Below are positions 1-9,428 of a DNA stretch of 64,000 nucleotides, piece by piece. This DNA comes from Candidatus Eiseniibacteriota bacterium. Its GTDB lineage: Bacteria; Eisenbacteria; RBG-16-71-46. The notes under the pieces were generated by a model. The model worked only from the letters and a program-made list of their open reading frames with translations. It ran no database searches and had not been told where the DNA came from. The stretch covers positions 143,607-207,606 of the forward strand of contig JBGAML010000007.1 of the NCBI GenBank assembly GCA_044223005.1, written 5' to 3'. The position numbers and the translations under genes were made by a program. The first letter of the stretch is position 1; each line of letters begins with the position of its first letter.

Positions 1-1130
1 TCGCCGGCCACGGCGTCGTCGTCGAGGAGTTCGGCGGCAAGTACGTCAGCGTCGAGATCTCGGCCAAGAAGGGCACCAACGTCGACAAGCTGCTCGACAT
101 GATCCTGCTCTCGACCGAGATGCTCGAGCTCAAGGCGGATCCGGATCGCCGCGCGCGCGGCGTCGTGCTGGAAGCGCGCGTCGAGCAGGGCCGTGGCGTC
201 GTCGCGAGCGTGCTCGTGCAGATGGGCACGCTGCGCATCGGCGACCCGTTCGTCGCCGGAGCGCACTTCGGGCGCGTCCGCGCGATGTTCAACGAGCGCA
301 TGCAGGCGGTGAAGCAGGCCGGTCCCTCGACGCCCGTCGAGGTGCTCGGCTGGGACACGACCCCGGGCGCCGGCGACATCTTCGTCTCGCTCGAGGACGA
401 GCGCGAAACCCGCGAGATCGCGGGCAAGCGCGCCGCGCTGCACCGCGAGCAGGAGTTCCGTGCCGCCAAGCCGACCCTGAGCGACTTCTATTCGCAGATG
501 TCGCAGGGCGGGCCCAACGAGCTCAAGATGCTCATCAAGGGCGACGTGGACGGCTCGGTCGAGGCGCTCAGCGAGTCGCTGCAGAAGCTCAGCACCGCCG
601 AAGTCGCCGTGCGCGTCATCCGCCAGGCGGTCGGCCAGATCACCGAGTCCGACGTGCTGCTGGCGTCGGCGTCCGGCGCGATCGTGGTCGGCTTCCACGT
701 GCGGCCCGACGCGAAGGCGCGCGAGATGGCGGAGCGTGACAAGGTCGAAATCCGGCTCTACGACATCATCTACAAGGCCGTCGAGGACGTGAAGCAGGCG
801 CTCGAGGGCATGCTCAAGCCGGAACTGAAGGAAGTCTCGCTCGGCGTCGCCGAGGTCCGGCAGGTGTTCCGCCTCTCGAAGGGCTCCGTGGTGGCCGGCT
901 GCATGGTCTCCACGGGCAAGATCACCCGCGGCGAATCGATCCGCGTGCTGCGCGCCGGCGAGACGGTCTGGACCGGCCGGATCGAGGCGCTCAAGCGCTT
1001 CAAGGACGACGTCCGCGAAGTGCTGCAGGGCTTCGAGTGCGGCATCACGCTCGCGGGCTTCAACGACATCCAGCAGGGCGACCGGCTGGAGTCCTTCACC
1101 GTGCAGGAGCTGGCCCGCACGCTGGCATGA
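1..1130 (+). CDS. infB: Translation initiation factor IF-2, 5'-truncated by window edge
   Basis: Frame is open from window start; IF-2 motifs ISAKKGTN, KGDVDGSVEAL, VGQITESDV, LKRFKDDVREV..GFECGI. Confidence 0.97.
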   Translation, partial: AGHGVVVEEFGGKYVSVEISAKKGTNVDKLLDMILLSTEMLELKADPDRRARGVVLEARVEQGRGVVASVLVQMGTLRIGDPFVAGAHFGRVRAMFNERMQAVKQAGPSTPVEVLGWDTTPGAGDIFVSLEDERETREIAGKRAALHREQEFRAAKPTLSDFYSQMSQGGPNELKMLIKGDVDGSVEALSESLQKLSTAEVAVRVIRQAVGQITESDVLLASASGAIVVGFHVRPDAKAREMAERDKVEIRLYDIIYKAVEDVKQALEGMLKPELKEVSLGVAEVRQVFRLSKGSVVAGCMVSTGKITRGESIRVLRAGETVWTGRIEALKRFKDDVREVLQGFECGITLAGFNDIQQGDRLESFTVQELARTLA

Positions 1131-1213
1131 TCGCGGCCCGGGGCGCGCCACGCGCGCCCCGGGCATCGCGCCGCGCCGTGCACCGGCCGGCGCATCGGGT
1201 CGCGGGAGGTCCG

Positions 1214-1495
1214 GTGTTCGTCGGCATCGCGCGCGCGGAGCTGCACCTGCCCGCGGCGCGCTCGCTCAAGGACAAGCGCCAGGTGGTGCGCAGCCTCAAG
1301 GATCGCCTCCGCGACCGGGCGCTCGCCGCCGTGGCCGAAGTCGACTACCACGATCTCTGGCAGCGCACGGCGCTGGGGATCGCGGTCGTGGCCGCGGAGG
1401 CGGGACAGGCGCAGGAACTGCTGCAGGTGGCGCGCCGCCTCGCCGACGGTGAGGTCGCGGCCGTGCTCACGGACTGGCAGGAGAGAATCGAGTGA
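1214..1495 (+). CDS. DUF503/YlxP family protein
   Basis: GTG after GGAGGT; SLKDKRQVVRSLKDRL and VAEVDYHDLWQR motifs; usual position between infB and rbfA. Confidence 0.88.
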   Translation: MFVGIARAELHLPAARSLKDKRQVVRSLKDRLRDRALAAVAEVDYHDLWQRTALGIAVVAAEAGQAQELLQVARRLADGEVAAVLTDWQERIE

Positions 1496-1863
1496 GAATC
1501 CGCCCCGAGAAGGTTGCCCAGCTGATGCGGCGCGAAGTCGCCGAGATCCTCGAGACGAAGCTGCGCGACCCGCGGCTCGCCACCACCGTCACCGTGACCG
1601 ACGTCGAGGTCACCTCCGACCTGTCGTTCGCGCGCATCTACGTGACCGTGATGGGCGACATGTCCGTGCGGCCCGGCGCGCTCGCCGCGCTGCAGCACGC
1701 GGCCGGCTTCGTGCGCCACGAACTCGGCGACCGCCTCGGCCTGCGCGAGGTGCCCGAAATCCGGTTCCTCTACGACGACTCGCTCGACCAGGGCGCGCGC
1801 GTGGACGAGCTGCTGCGCAAGATCGAGCGCGGCGAGCCCGTGGAGGGCGACGAGGAGGCATGA
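1492..1863 (+). CDS. rbfA: 30S ribosome-binding factor A
   Basis: RDPRL..VTVTDVEVTSDLSFARIY, LREVPEIRFLYDDSL; synteny. Confidence 0.96.
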   Translation: MRIRPEKVAQLMRREVAEILETKLRDPRLATTVTVTDVEVTSDLSFARIYVTVMGDMSVRPGALAALQHAAGFVRHELGDRLGLREVPEIRFLYDDSLDQGARVDELLRKIERGEPVEGDEEA

Positions 1864-2822
1864 GCGGCGCCTCGCGCGGCGCGGCGGCCCCGGCGTGGTC
1901 GGGCCTGCTGCCGGTCGACAAGCCGGCGGGCCCGACCTCGCACGACGTCGTCGCGCGCGCCCGGCGCGCGCTCGGTACGCGCGCGATCGGGCACCTCGGC
2001 ACGCTCGATCCCGCTGCGACCGGACTGCTCGTGCTCGCGGTGGGCGCGGCGACGCGCTGCGCCGCGGTGTGGCAGGGCGGCGCCAAGCTCTACGAGGGCG
2101 TCGCGCGCTTCGGGCTCGTGACCGACTCGCAGGACCTCGACGGCCACGTGCTCGCCGACCGCGACGCGCGCCCCGCGCCCGAGGCGATCCGCGCCGCCGC
2201 CGGCGCGCTGACCGGCGAGCTCGCGCAGGTGCCGCCGATGGTGTCCGCGCTCAAGGTGGGCGGCGAGCGCCTGCACGCGATCGCCCGCCGCGGCGAGTCG
2301 GTCGAGCGCGCACCGCGCGCGGTGCGCGTGGACGCGTGGGAGTGGCTCGCGTTCGAGGGCCGCGACGCGCGCTTCCGCGTGCGCTGCTCGGGCGGGACCT
2401 ACGTGCGCACGCTGGTGCACGACCTCGGCACCACGCTCGGCTGCGGCGCCGCGCTCGCGTCGCTGCGCCGGCTCGCGAGCGATCCGTTCGACGTGGCGAA
2501 CGCCGCGGCGTGGGCGGACCTCGACGCCGGCGTCCGCGACGCGACGCTCGCGCGCCACGGAGTGTCGCTCGACCGGGCGCTCGAGGTGCTGCCCGCGGTC
2601 GTGCTCGATCCGCGCGACGCCGAGGCGCTCGGCCACGGCCAGCCGGTGGCGGTCGCCGAACCGCCCGCGGGCGCGCTCGGCCGCGGCGCGCGCTCGATCG
2701 TCCTGCGCGACGCCGGCGGCCGCGCGCTCGCGCTGGGCGAGCTGCAGGCGGCCGCGGACGGCACGTGGGCGCGGCCGCAGGTCGTGTTCCCGTGGGCGGT
2801 GCGCGAAGGGCGGGCGGCGTGA
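1860..2822 (+). CDS. truB: tRNA pseudouridine(55) synthase
   Basis: DKPAGPTSHDVV, GHLGTLDPAATG (catalytic Asp), QVPPMVSALK, CSGGTYVRTL; ATGA overlap with rbfA. Confidence 0.96.
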   Translation: MSGASRGAAAPAWSGLLPVDKPAGPTSHDVVARARRALGTRAIGHLGTLDPAATGLLVLAVGAATRCAAVWQGGAKLYEGVARFGLVTDSQDLDGHVLADRDARPAPEAIRAAAGALTGELAQVPPMVSALKVGGERLHAIARRGESVERAPRAVRVDAWEWLAFEGRDARFRVRCSGGTYVRTLVHDLGTTLGCGAALASLRRLASDPFDVANAAAWADLDAGVRDATLARHGVSLDRALEVLPAVVLDPRDAEALGHGQPVAVAEPPAGALGRGARSIVLRDAGGRALALGELQAAADGTWARPQVVFPWAVREGRAA

Positions 2823-3742
2823 GCGGCAGCGTCGCGGTCGGCGTGTTCGACGGCCTGCATCGCGGGCACGTCGCGCTCATCGAGCGGGCGCGCGCGCGCG
2901 CCGCGGGCGAGCGCTGCGTGGCGGTGAGCTTCGATCCGCATCCGGACGTCGTGCTCGCCAAGGAGTTCCGCGCGCTGCCGCCGCTCACGCCGCTCGCCGA
3001 GAAGCAGGAACGCCTCGCGGCGATGGGCGTGGAGCTGCACGTGCTGCCGTTCACGCGCGAGCTCGCGCGGCTCGAGCCCGAGACGTTCGTCGCCGCGCAC
3101 CTGGTCGGCCCGTTCGCCCCGCGCTGGCTGGTGGTGGGCGAGGACTTCGCGCTCGGGCGCGCGCGCAGTGGGAACGTCGACCGGCTGCGCGCGATCGGGC
3201 AGGGCAGCGGGTTCGAGGTCGAAGCCGTGCCGCTGCGGCTCGAGGGCGGCGAGGCCGTGAGCAGCACGCGCATCCGCGCGCTGCTCGAACGCGGCGACGT
3301 GCGCGGCGCCGCGGCGCTGCTCGGCCGGCGCTACTCGCTCGCCGGGCGAGTGGTGCACGGCGACGCGCTCGGCCGCGAACTCGGCTACCCGACCGCCAAC
3401 CTGCGGCTGCACGAGGAGAAGTGCGTGCCCGCGCTGGGCATCTACGCCGTGTGGGCGCGGATCGACCGGGCCGGGGACTGGATCGCCGGCGCCATGAGCG
3501 TCGGGGTGCGGCCCACTTTCGGGGGCCAGGTGCGCACGCTCGAGGTGTTCCTGCTCGATTGGAGCGGCGACCTCTACGACCGCGACGTCGAGGTGGCGTT
3601 CGTCGACTGGCTCCGCCCGGAGCTGCGGTTCGACGGCCGCGAGGCCCTCGTCGCGGCCATCGACGGCGACGTGGCGCAGACGCGCCAACGACTTGCGGCC
3701 GATCCCCGCTCCCCGGGCGAGGCGCCGGGGGAGTGGTCCTGA
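2819..3742 (+). CDS. ribF: Bifunctional riboflavin kinase/FAD synthetase
   Basis: GVFDGLHRGH, VSSTRIR, GRELGYPTANL, GVRPTF; GTGA overlap with truB. Confidence 0.95.
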   Translation: MSGSVAVGVFDGLHRGHVALIERARARAAGERCVAVSFDPHPDVVLAKEFRALPPLTPLAEKQERLAAMGVELHVLPFTRELARLEPETFVAAHLVGPFAPRWLVVGEDFALGRARSGNVDRLRAIGQGSGFEVEAVPLRLEGGEAVSSTRIRALLERGDVRGAAALLGRRYSLAGRVVHGDALGRELGYPTANLRLHEEKCVPALGIYAVWARIDRAGDWIAGAMSVGVRPTFGGQVRTLEVFLLDWSGDLYDRDVEVAFVDWLRPELRFDGREALVAAIDGDVAQTRQRLAADPRSPGEAPGEWS

Positions 3743-3777
3743 AGGAGAAATCGGACTGGTCCCGACCGGTCCCGGGA

Positions 3778-3786
3778 TGGTATGTT
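3778..3786 (+). promoter_or_regulatory. Putative extended -10 promoter for rpsO (TGgTATGTT)
   Basis: TGnTAnnnT match just upstream of the structured rpsO leader. Confidence 0.5.
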
Positions 3787-3802
3787 CCCGCGTCGCCCTG
3801 CG

Positions 3803-3890
3803 CCTGCAGGGCCGGCCGGTAGCGACTGCTCCCTCCGAACGAGACCTGACACTCGCGGACGGGGCCTCGGTTCTCACCTCTTGCAGGAGA
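3803..3890 (+). promoter_or_regulatory. Putative S15-responsive rpsO leader RNA
   Basis: CCTGCAGGG(3803-3811) pairs with TCTTGCAGG(3879-3887) over the SD; inner interrupted hairpin 3828-3865; small hairpin 3817-3828. Confidence 0.55.
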
Positions 3891-3898
3891 TCTCTGCT

Positions 3899-4168
3899 GT
3901 GACGCTCACGAAGGAGCAGAAGCAGGGCATCATCGACAAATTCAAGACCCACGAAGGCGACTCGGGCTCACCGGAGGTGCAGATCGCCCTCCTGTCCGAG
4001 AAGATCGACTACCTCACGGAGCACTTCAAGGTCCACAAGCGCGACCACGCGTCGCGCCGCGGCCTGCTCCGGATGGTGGGTCAGCGGCGCCGGCTGCTCG
4101 ACTACCTGAAGGCGACCAAGGTGGATCGGTATCGAAAGGTCGTCAAGGAACTCGGACTTCGTCGCTAG
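3899..4168 (+). CDS. rpsO: 30S ribosomal protein S15
   Basis: 89 aa; [45 protein letters not shown]. Confidence 0.98.
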   Translation: MTLTKEQKQGIIDKFKTHEGDSGSPEVQIALLSEKIDYLTEHFKVHKRDHASRRGLLRMVGQRRRLLDYLKATKVDRYRKVVKELGLRR

Positions 4169-4185
4169 GAATCACCTGGCGACAT

Positions 4186-4298
4186 GAGACGCGGCCCTCC
4201 CGGGCCGCGTTTCGCTAGAACGGGGAAGGTCCCCGTTCGACCCGCCGGGCGTCGCTCGCCCGGACCGGGTAGGTCGTGACGACGAGGGTCGTCGTCAC
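4186..4298 (+). promoter_or_regulatory. Multi-hairpin rpsO-pnp intergenic leader
   Basis: Stems 4186-4197/4202-4213, 4219-4237, 4245-4251/4257-4263, and perfect 10-bp stem 4276-4285/4289-4298. Confidence 0.55.
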
Positions 4299-4324
4299 AT
4301 GCGAGAGACAGGAAGACCAGAGGA

Positions 4325-6502
4325 ATGGCAGAACACAAGGTAACCGTGGACCTCGGCGGCAAGGAGCTCGTGATCTCCACGGGCAAGTGGGCCAAGCTCG
4401 CCGGCGGTTCGGCCGTCGTGCAGCTCGGCGGCACCGTGGTCCTGGTGGCGTCCAGCGCCGCCAAGAGCGCCAAGCCGGGGCTCGATTTCGTCCCGCTCAC
4501 GTGCGACTACCGCGAGCGCACCTACGCCGCCGGCAAGATCCCGGGTGGCTTCTTCAAGCGCGAGGGCCGTCCCACCGAGAAGGAGACGCTGAGCTCGCGC
4601 CAGATCGACCGGCCCATCCGGCCGCTCATCAACAAGCAGTGGACCTTCGAGACGCAGGTCATGGCGACCGTCGTCTCGTCGGACCAGGAGCATGATGCCG
4701 ACGTCCTCGCCCTGATCGGCGGTTCGGCGTCGCTCGTCCTTTCGGACATTCCGTTCCCCGAGCCCGTCGCCGGCGTGCGCGTCGGCCGCGTGGACGGCCA
4801 GTTCGTGATCATGCCGACGTTCGCGCAGCTCGACGAGTCCGACCTGGACGTCGTCGTGGCCGGCACGGCGAACGACATCATCATGGTCGAGGGCGGCTGC
4901 CACGAAGTGCCCGAGGCCGACATGATCGCGGCGCTCGACTTCGCGATGCAGCACATCCGCAAGATCGTCGCGGCGCAGGCCGAGCTCGTCCGCCTGGCGG
5001 GCAAGACCAAGCGCCCGATCCCCGAGAAGGTGGATCTCTCCGACCTCACGGCCGAGCTGCGCACGGCGTACACCGAGCGCCTCAAGGCCGCGATCCGCAT
5101 CCCGGGCAAGGAGTCCCGCCAGGAAGAGATCGACAACGTCACCGCCGAGGCCGTCGCCGCGCTCACCGAGAAGTACGCCGAGCGCGCCGCCTACATCGGC
5201 AAGATCCTCCACGACATCGAGCGCGACTGCCTGCGCGGGATGATCCTGGACGAGGGCGTGCGCGCCGACGGCCGCAACCCCGACCAGATCCGCCCGATCA
5301 CGATCGAGGTCGGCATGCTCCCGCGCACGCACGGCTCGTGCCTGTTCACGCGCGGCGAGACGCAGGCGCTCGTCGTCACGACGCTGGGCACCAAGGCCGA
5401 CGAGCAGCGCATCGAGGAGCTCGAGGGCCAGTCGTGGAAGTCGTACATGCTGCACTACAACTTCCCGCCGTTCTCCGTGGGTGAGACGCGCCCGATCCGT
5501 GGGCCGGGTCGCCGCGAGATCGGTCACGGCGCCCTCGCCGAGCGTGCCGTCGAGCCGGTGATCCCGGCCGACACGCACTTCCCGTACACGATCCGCATCG
5601 TGAGCGACATCCTGGAGTCGAACGGCTCCTCGTCGATGGCCTCCGTGTGCGGCGCGTCCATGTCGCTGATGGACGCCGGCGTGCCGATCAAGGCGCCGGT
5701 CGCGGGCGTGGCCATGGGCCTGATCAAGGAAGGCGACAAGGTCGCCGTCCTCACCGACATCCTCGGCGTCGAAGACCACCTCGGCGACATGGACTTCAAG
5801 GTGACCGGCACCACCGACGGCATCACCGCGTTCCAGATGGACACCAAGATCGGCGGGATCTCGTTCGAGATCATGAAGCGCGCGCTCGAGCAGGCGCGGG
5901 TCGGCCGGTTGTTCATCCTGGGCAAGATGAAGGACTGCCTCGAAGCGCCGCGCACCGAGATGTCGCCGTTCGCGCCGCGCATCAGCATCATCACGATCCA
6001 CCCGGACAAGATCCGCGAGGTCATCGGGCCCGGCGGCAAGGTGATCAAGAAGATCACCGAGGAAACCGGCTGCCAGATCGACATCGAGGACACCGGCGAG
6101 ATCCGCATCGCCTCCACGAACATGGAGGGGAGCAAGCGGGCCGAGGAACTCATCCGGAACATCACCGAGGACCCCGAGGTCGGGCGCGTGTACCAGGGCA
6201 AGGTGCGCAGCGTCGTCAACTTCGGTGCGTTCGTCGAGATCGTCCCGGGCCGCGACGGCCTGCTGCACGTCTCGGAGATCGACTGGGGCCGCACGGAGCG
6301 CGTCGAGGACGTGCTCAACGTCGGCGACATGGTCATGGTCAAGGTGATCGGCGTGGACAAGGACGGCAAGATCAAGCTGTCGCGCCGCGCGCTGCTTCCC
6401 GAGCCCGAGGGCTACGTGGGCAGCGGCGTCGGTGGTGGCGGTGGTGGTGGTCGCCGGGAGCGTGGCGACCGCGACCGCGATCGCGGTCCGCGCCGGCGCT
6501 AG
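4325..6502 (+). CDS. pnp: Polyribonucleotide nucleotidyltransferase (PNPase)
   Basis: AGKIPGGFFKREGRP, RREIGHGALAERA, ESNGSSSMAS, DHLGDMDFKV, KH and S1 domains. Confidence 0.98.
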   Translation: MAEHKVTVDLGGKELVISTGKWAKLAGGSAVVQLGGTVVLVASSAAKSAKPGLDFVPLTCDYRERTYAAGKIPGGFFKREGRPTEKETLSSRQIDRPIRPLINKQWTFETQVMATVVSSDQEHDADVLALIGGSASLVLSDIPFPEPVAGVRVGRVDGQFVIMPTFAQLDESDLDVVVAGTANDIIMVEGGCHEVPEADMIAALDFAMQHIRKIVAAQAELVRLAGKTKRPIPEKVDLSDLTAELRTAYTERLKAAIRIPGKESRQEEIDNVTAEAVAALTEKYAERAAYIGKILHDIERDCLRGMILDEGVRADGRNPDQIRPITIEVGMLPRTHGSCLFTRGETQALVVTTLGTKADEQRIEELEGQSWKSYMLHYNFPPFSVGETRPIRGPGRREIGHGALAERAVEPVIPADTHFPYTIRIVSDILESNGSSSMASVCGASMSLMDAGVPIKAPVAGVAMGLIKEGDKVAVLTDILGVEDHLGDMDFKVTGTTDGITAFQMDTKIGGISFEIMKRALEQARVGRLFILGKMKDCLEAPRTEMSPFAPRISIITIHPDKIREVIGPGGKVIKKITEETGCQIDIEDTGEIRIASTNMEGSKRAEELIRNITEDPEVGRVYQGKVRSVVNFGAFVEIVPGRDGLLHVSEIDWGRTERVEDVLNVGDMVMVKVIGVDKDGKIKLSRRALLPEPEGYVGSGVGGGGGGGRRERGDRDRDRGPRRR

Positions 6503-6516
6503 GCACCGGTCTCGCG

Positions 6517-6555
6517 ACGGCGGGCGGCCTTCGGGCCGCCCGCCGTTTGTGTTTT
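6517..6555 (+). terminator. Intrinsic terminator after pnp
   Basis: 13-bp stem ACGGCGGGCGGCC/GGCCGCCCGCCGT, C(UUCG)G loop, U-rich tail TTTGTGTTTT. Confidence 0.88.
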
Positions 6556-6613
6556 CGCCCCCGCGATGGCAGCTTGCGAGAATGAACGGTCTCGCACGTG
6601 GGGGGCGCGAATC

Positions 6614-7894
6614 GTGAGCGCGCGGATCGAGCGGCACGTCCTGCCGTCGGGCCTGACGCTGCTCGTGCATCCCATGCCCGACCGGCGCTCGGTGTCCGTC
6701 GGCGTCTGGGTGCGGACCGGTGCGCGTGACGAATCGCCCGTGCGGCTCGGGATCACCCACTTCCTCGAGCACATGATGTTCAAGGGCACGGCCACGCGCG
6801 ACGCGCGCGCGATCGCCGAGAGCCTGGAATCGCTCGGCGGCCACCTCGACGCGTTCACGACGCGCGAGCAGGTCTGCTTCGCCGCGCGCGCCCTGAGCGA
6901 GCACCTGCCGCAGGCGATCGACGTGCTTTCCGACATCACGTGCCAGTCGCGTTTCGAACCGCGCGAGATCGAGCGCGAGAAATCGGTCGTGAAGGAGGAG
7001 ATCCTCTCCTACGAGGACAACCCCGAGGAGAAGGTCGGCGACCTGCTCGCGGCGCTCGCGTGGGGCGACCACGCGCTCGGGCGGCCGATCCTCGGCACCG
7101 CCGACACGGTCGATGCGCTCGACCGCGACGCGCTGGTCGAGCACTTCCGCGGGCGCTTCCGCGCCGACCAGATCATCGTCGCGGCGGCGGGCGGCCTGAC
7201 GCTCGAGGACCTGCTGCCGCTCGTCGAGCGCGGTTTCCGCACGCCCGACGGCGAGGCGCCGGTGCCGGATGGCCCGCCGCCGCCGCCGCGGCCCGCGGTC
7301 CAGCACGAGGTGCGCGACCTGCAGCAGCTCTATCTCTCGCTCGCCGGCCGTTCGGTCGCCTACGGCGATCCGCGCCGGTACGCGCTCGTCGTGCTCGAGA
7401 CGCTGCTGGGCGGCGGCATGAGCTCGCGGCTCTTCCAGAGCATCCGCGAGGAAGCCGGGCTCGCGTACTCGATCTTCTCGACGCTGGACTTCATGCGCGA
7501 CGGCGGGCTCGTGTCGATCCACATGGGCGTGTCGCCCGATCGCGCGCGACAGGCGCTGGCGCTCCTGCGCGAGGAACTGGTGCGCATCGCCGGCGAGGGG
7601 CCGACGGTGGCCGAACTCGAGTCGACGCGGCAGCAGCTCAAGGGCTCGCTCACGATCGGCCAGGAGAGCACGTCGGGCCGCATGTACCACATGGCGCGAC
7701 AGGAGCTCTACACCGGCCGCTACGCGTCGCCCGACGAACAGGTCGCGCGCATTCTCGCCGTGTCGCACGAGCAGGTGAAAGCCGTCGCGGCCGAGTTCTT
7801 CGCTCCGGAGCGCTTCGCGCTCGCGGCGCTCGGCCCCGCGCCGGGCGGCCCGCTCGGGCCGGCCGACTGGCCCGGCGGCGTTGCGGGATCCTGA
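6614..7894 (+). CDS. M16 family (pitrilysin-like) zinc peptidase
   Basis: Inverted zinc motif HFLEH, LGGGMSSRLFQSIREEAGLAYS; commonly follows pnp; start codon inferred. Confidence 0.93.
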   Translation: MSARIERHVLPSGLTLLVHPMPDRRSVSVGVWVRTGARDESPVRLGITHFLEHMMFKGTATRDARAIAESLESLGGHLDAFTTREQVCFAARALSEHLPQAIDVLSDITCQSRFEPREIEREKSVVKEEILSYEDNPEEKVGDLLAALAWGDHALGRPILGTADTVDALDRDALVEHFRGRFRADQIIVAAAGGLTLEDLLPLVERGFRTPDGEAPVPDGPPPPPRPAVQHEVRDLQQLYLSLAGRSVAYGDPRRYALVVLETLLGGGMSSRLFQSIREEAGLAYSIFSTLDFMRDGGLVSIHMGVSPDRARQALALLREELVRIAGEGPTVAELESTRQQLKGSLTIGQESTSGRMYHMARQELYTGRYASPDEQVARILAVSHEQVKAVAAEFFAPERFALAALGPAPGGPLGPADWPGGVAGS

Positions 7895-8059
7895 CGTTCG
7901 CGCGATTCCCGGCCATGAGGGCGCCACACCCGTGGCCAGCCCACCGCGATCCCGGCGCGCACGTCCCTTCGTGCCCTCGTGCACTTCGGTCCTGCAAGGT
8001 GCATGGCGGCACGTGCTTGCCGCGCACGCTCCCGGCGCCGGCCGGCGCCGGAGCTTGAC

Positions 8060-8075
8060 CGGCACCGTCCTTGCG
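8060..8075 (+). promoter_or_regulatory. Putative sigma54 -24/-12 promoter
   Basis: CGGCAC-N5-TTGCG with canonical spacing, ending 12 nt before ATG 8088. Confidence 0.45.
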
Positions 8076-8087
8076 TTGAGAGTCGGC

Positions 8088-8930
8088 ATGATGACCGCTC
8101 CCCGCATGCACCCGCGCTTCGCCCCGCGCCCGGCCGCACTCGTGCTCTCGGTGTTCGTCGCGCTCGCCGCACTCGCGGGATCCGGATCCCCCGGACGTGC
8201 CGCCGACGACGAACTGCCGTCCGCCACCGCCGTTGGCCCCCGCGAAACGCTGCCCGCGGTCGAGCATCCGTTCCGTGCCGGCGAGTCGCTGCGCTTCTCG
8301 GTGCAGTACGGCTTCGTGCACGCGGGCACCGCGTGGCTCGAGGTGCCGGAGGTCGTGGACTGGAACGGGGTGCCGTGCTGGCGGCTCGTCGCGCGCGCCG
8401 AATCGAACTCGTTCTTCGATCGCATGTACCGCGTGCGGAATCGCATCGAGTCGCTCTGGGACCGTGACGGCCTGTTCAGCTGGCGCTACTTCGAGGATCG
8501 CCACGAAGGCCGGTTCCACGCCAACGACACCATCTCGTTCGACACCACGGCGCACATCGCGCGCTACAAGGACGGGCGCACGTTCGACCTGCCCGCCGAG
8601 TCGCAGGACGCGCTCTCCGCGTTCTACTTCACCCGCTTCAAGGCCCTGCCCATCGGCGGCAGCGTCACGTTCCCGTACCACGCGAGCCACAAGAGCGCGA
8701 CGATGGAAGTCCGCGTTCTGGGGCGCGACCGCGTGAAGACGCCGGCGGGCAAGTTCGACTGCGTGATGATCGAGCCGATCCTCAAGGCCGGCGGCATCTT
8801 CGCCAACAAGGGCCGGCTCGTGATCTGGATCACCGACGACGAGCGCCGCATGCCGGTGCTGATGAAGAGCAAGGTGATGATCGGGTCGATCCGCGTCGTG
8901 CTGCAGGAGGCCAAGCCGGGGGAGGGCTGA
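8088..8930 (+). CDS. Exported beta-rich protein, DUF3108-like
   Basis: Signal peptide; PFRAGESL..YGFVHAG, QDALSAFY..R, VKTPAGKFDC, IWITDDERRMPV. Confidence 0.75.
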   Translation: MMTAPRMHPRFAPRPAALVLSVFVALAALAGSGSPGRAADDELPSATAVGPRETLPAVEHPFRAGESLRFSVQYGFVHAGTAWLEVPEVVDWNGVPCWRLVARAESNSFFDRMYRVRNRIESLWDRDGLFSWRYFEDRHEGRFHANDTISFDTTAHIARYKDGRTFDLPAESQDALSAFYFTRFKALPIGGSVTFPYHASHKSATMEVRVLGRDRVKTPAGKFDCVMIEPILKAGGIFANKGRLVIWITDDERRMPVLMKSKVMIGSIRVVLQEAKPGEG

Positions 8931-9152
8931 GCCCACGGGCCGCACGGGCCCGCGACCGCCCGCGCCGGACGCGCGGTGCGATGACGCACCCGTGGGCGAG
9001 AGCACCCGATGGCGGGCCCGCGGCCGCGACTTCAACTGCGCCGGCCACCGCCGCCGCCGGGGTTTGCGCCCCTCGCGGTGGGCGAAGCGGCAAGTCGAGC
9101 CCGGCATGGGTCTTGCGGAATTCCAGGGGGGTGACCGGAAACGGTTCCATCG

Positions 9153-9182
9153 TTGACAGCCCCGTGACGCTCGGCATAGACT
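9153..9182 (+). promoter_or_regulatory. Sigma70-type promoter for the polysaccharide operon
   Basis: TTGACA-18 nt-TAGACT about 250 nt upstream of the OPX gene. Confidence 0.65.
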
Positions 9183-9428
9183 TCTATCCCTCATCCTGCT
9201 GCGACTTAGGGTCGCACCGCCTTCAGGGTTGGAGGAATCGCCGAGACGCGTCTTGCTAATGCTTCGGACGGGGTGCGCAGTCGTTTGGCTCAACCGTCGA
9301 TTTGTTAGCCGGGTTCCCCCCAGGCACCCGAGCGCGTCCGGAAGTCGCCGGATCTTCGGCATCCCTGCCGATGGCCGACGCCCCGCCGCCTCGCCCCGGC
9401 CGGAATCCCCCCGATCATGGGAGAACGC

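Noticed and set aside
4295..8446. 1383-aa antisense ORF and many other long overlapping ORFs (e.g. 20164-23352 upstream part, 23112-26345, 32155-34578)
   Set aside because: Arg/Ala/Pro-rich shadows of real genes in stop-poor, high-GC DNA; no domain motifs
9242..9257. Sigma54 site upstream of the OPX gene (CGAGACG-N4-TTGCT)
   Set aside because: Lacks the invariant -24 GG; a good sigma70 promoter is present
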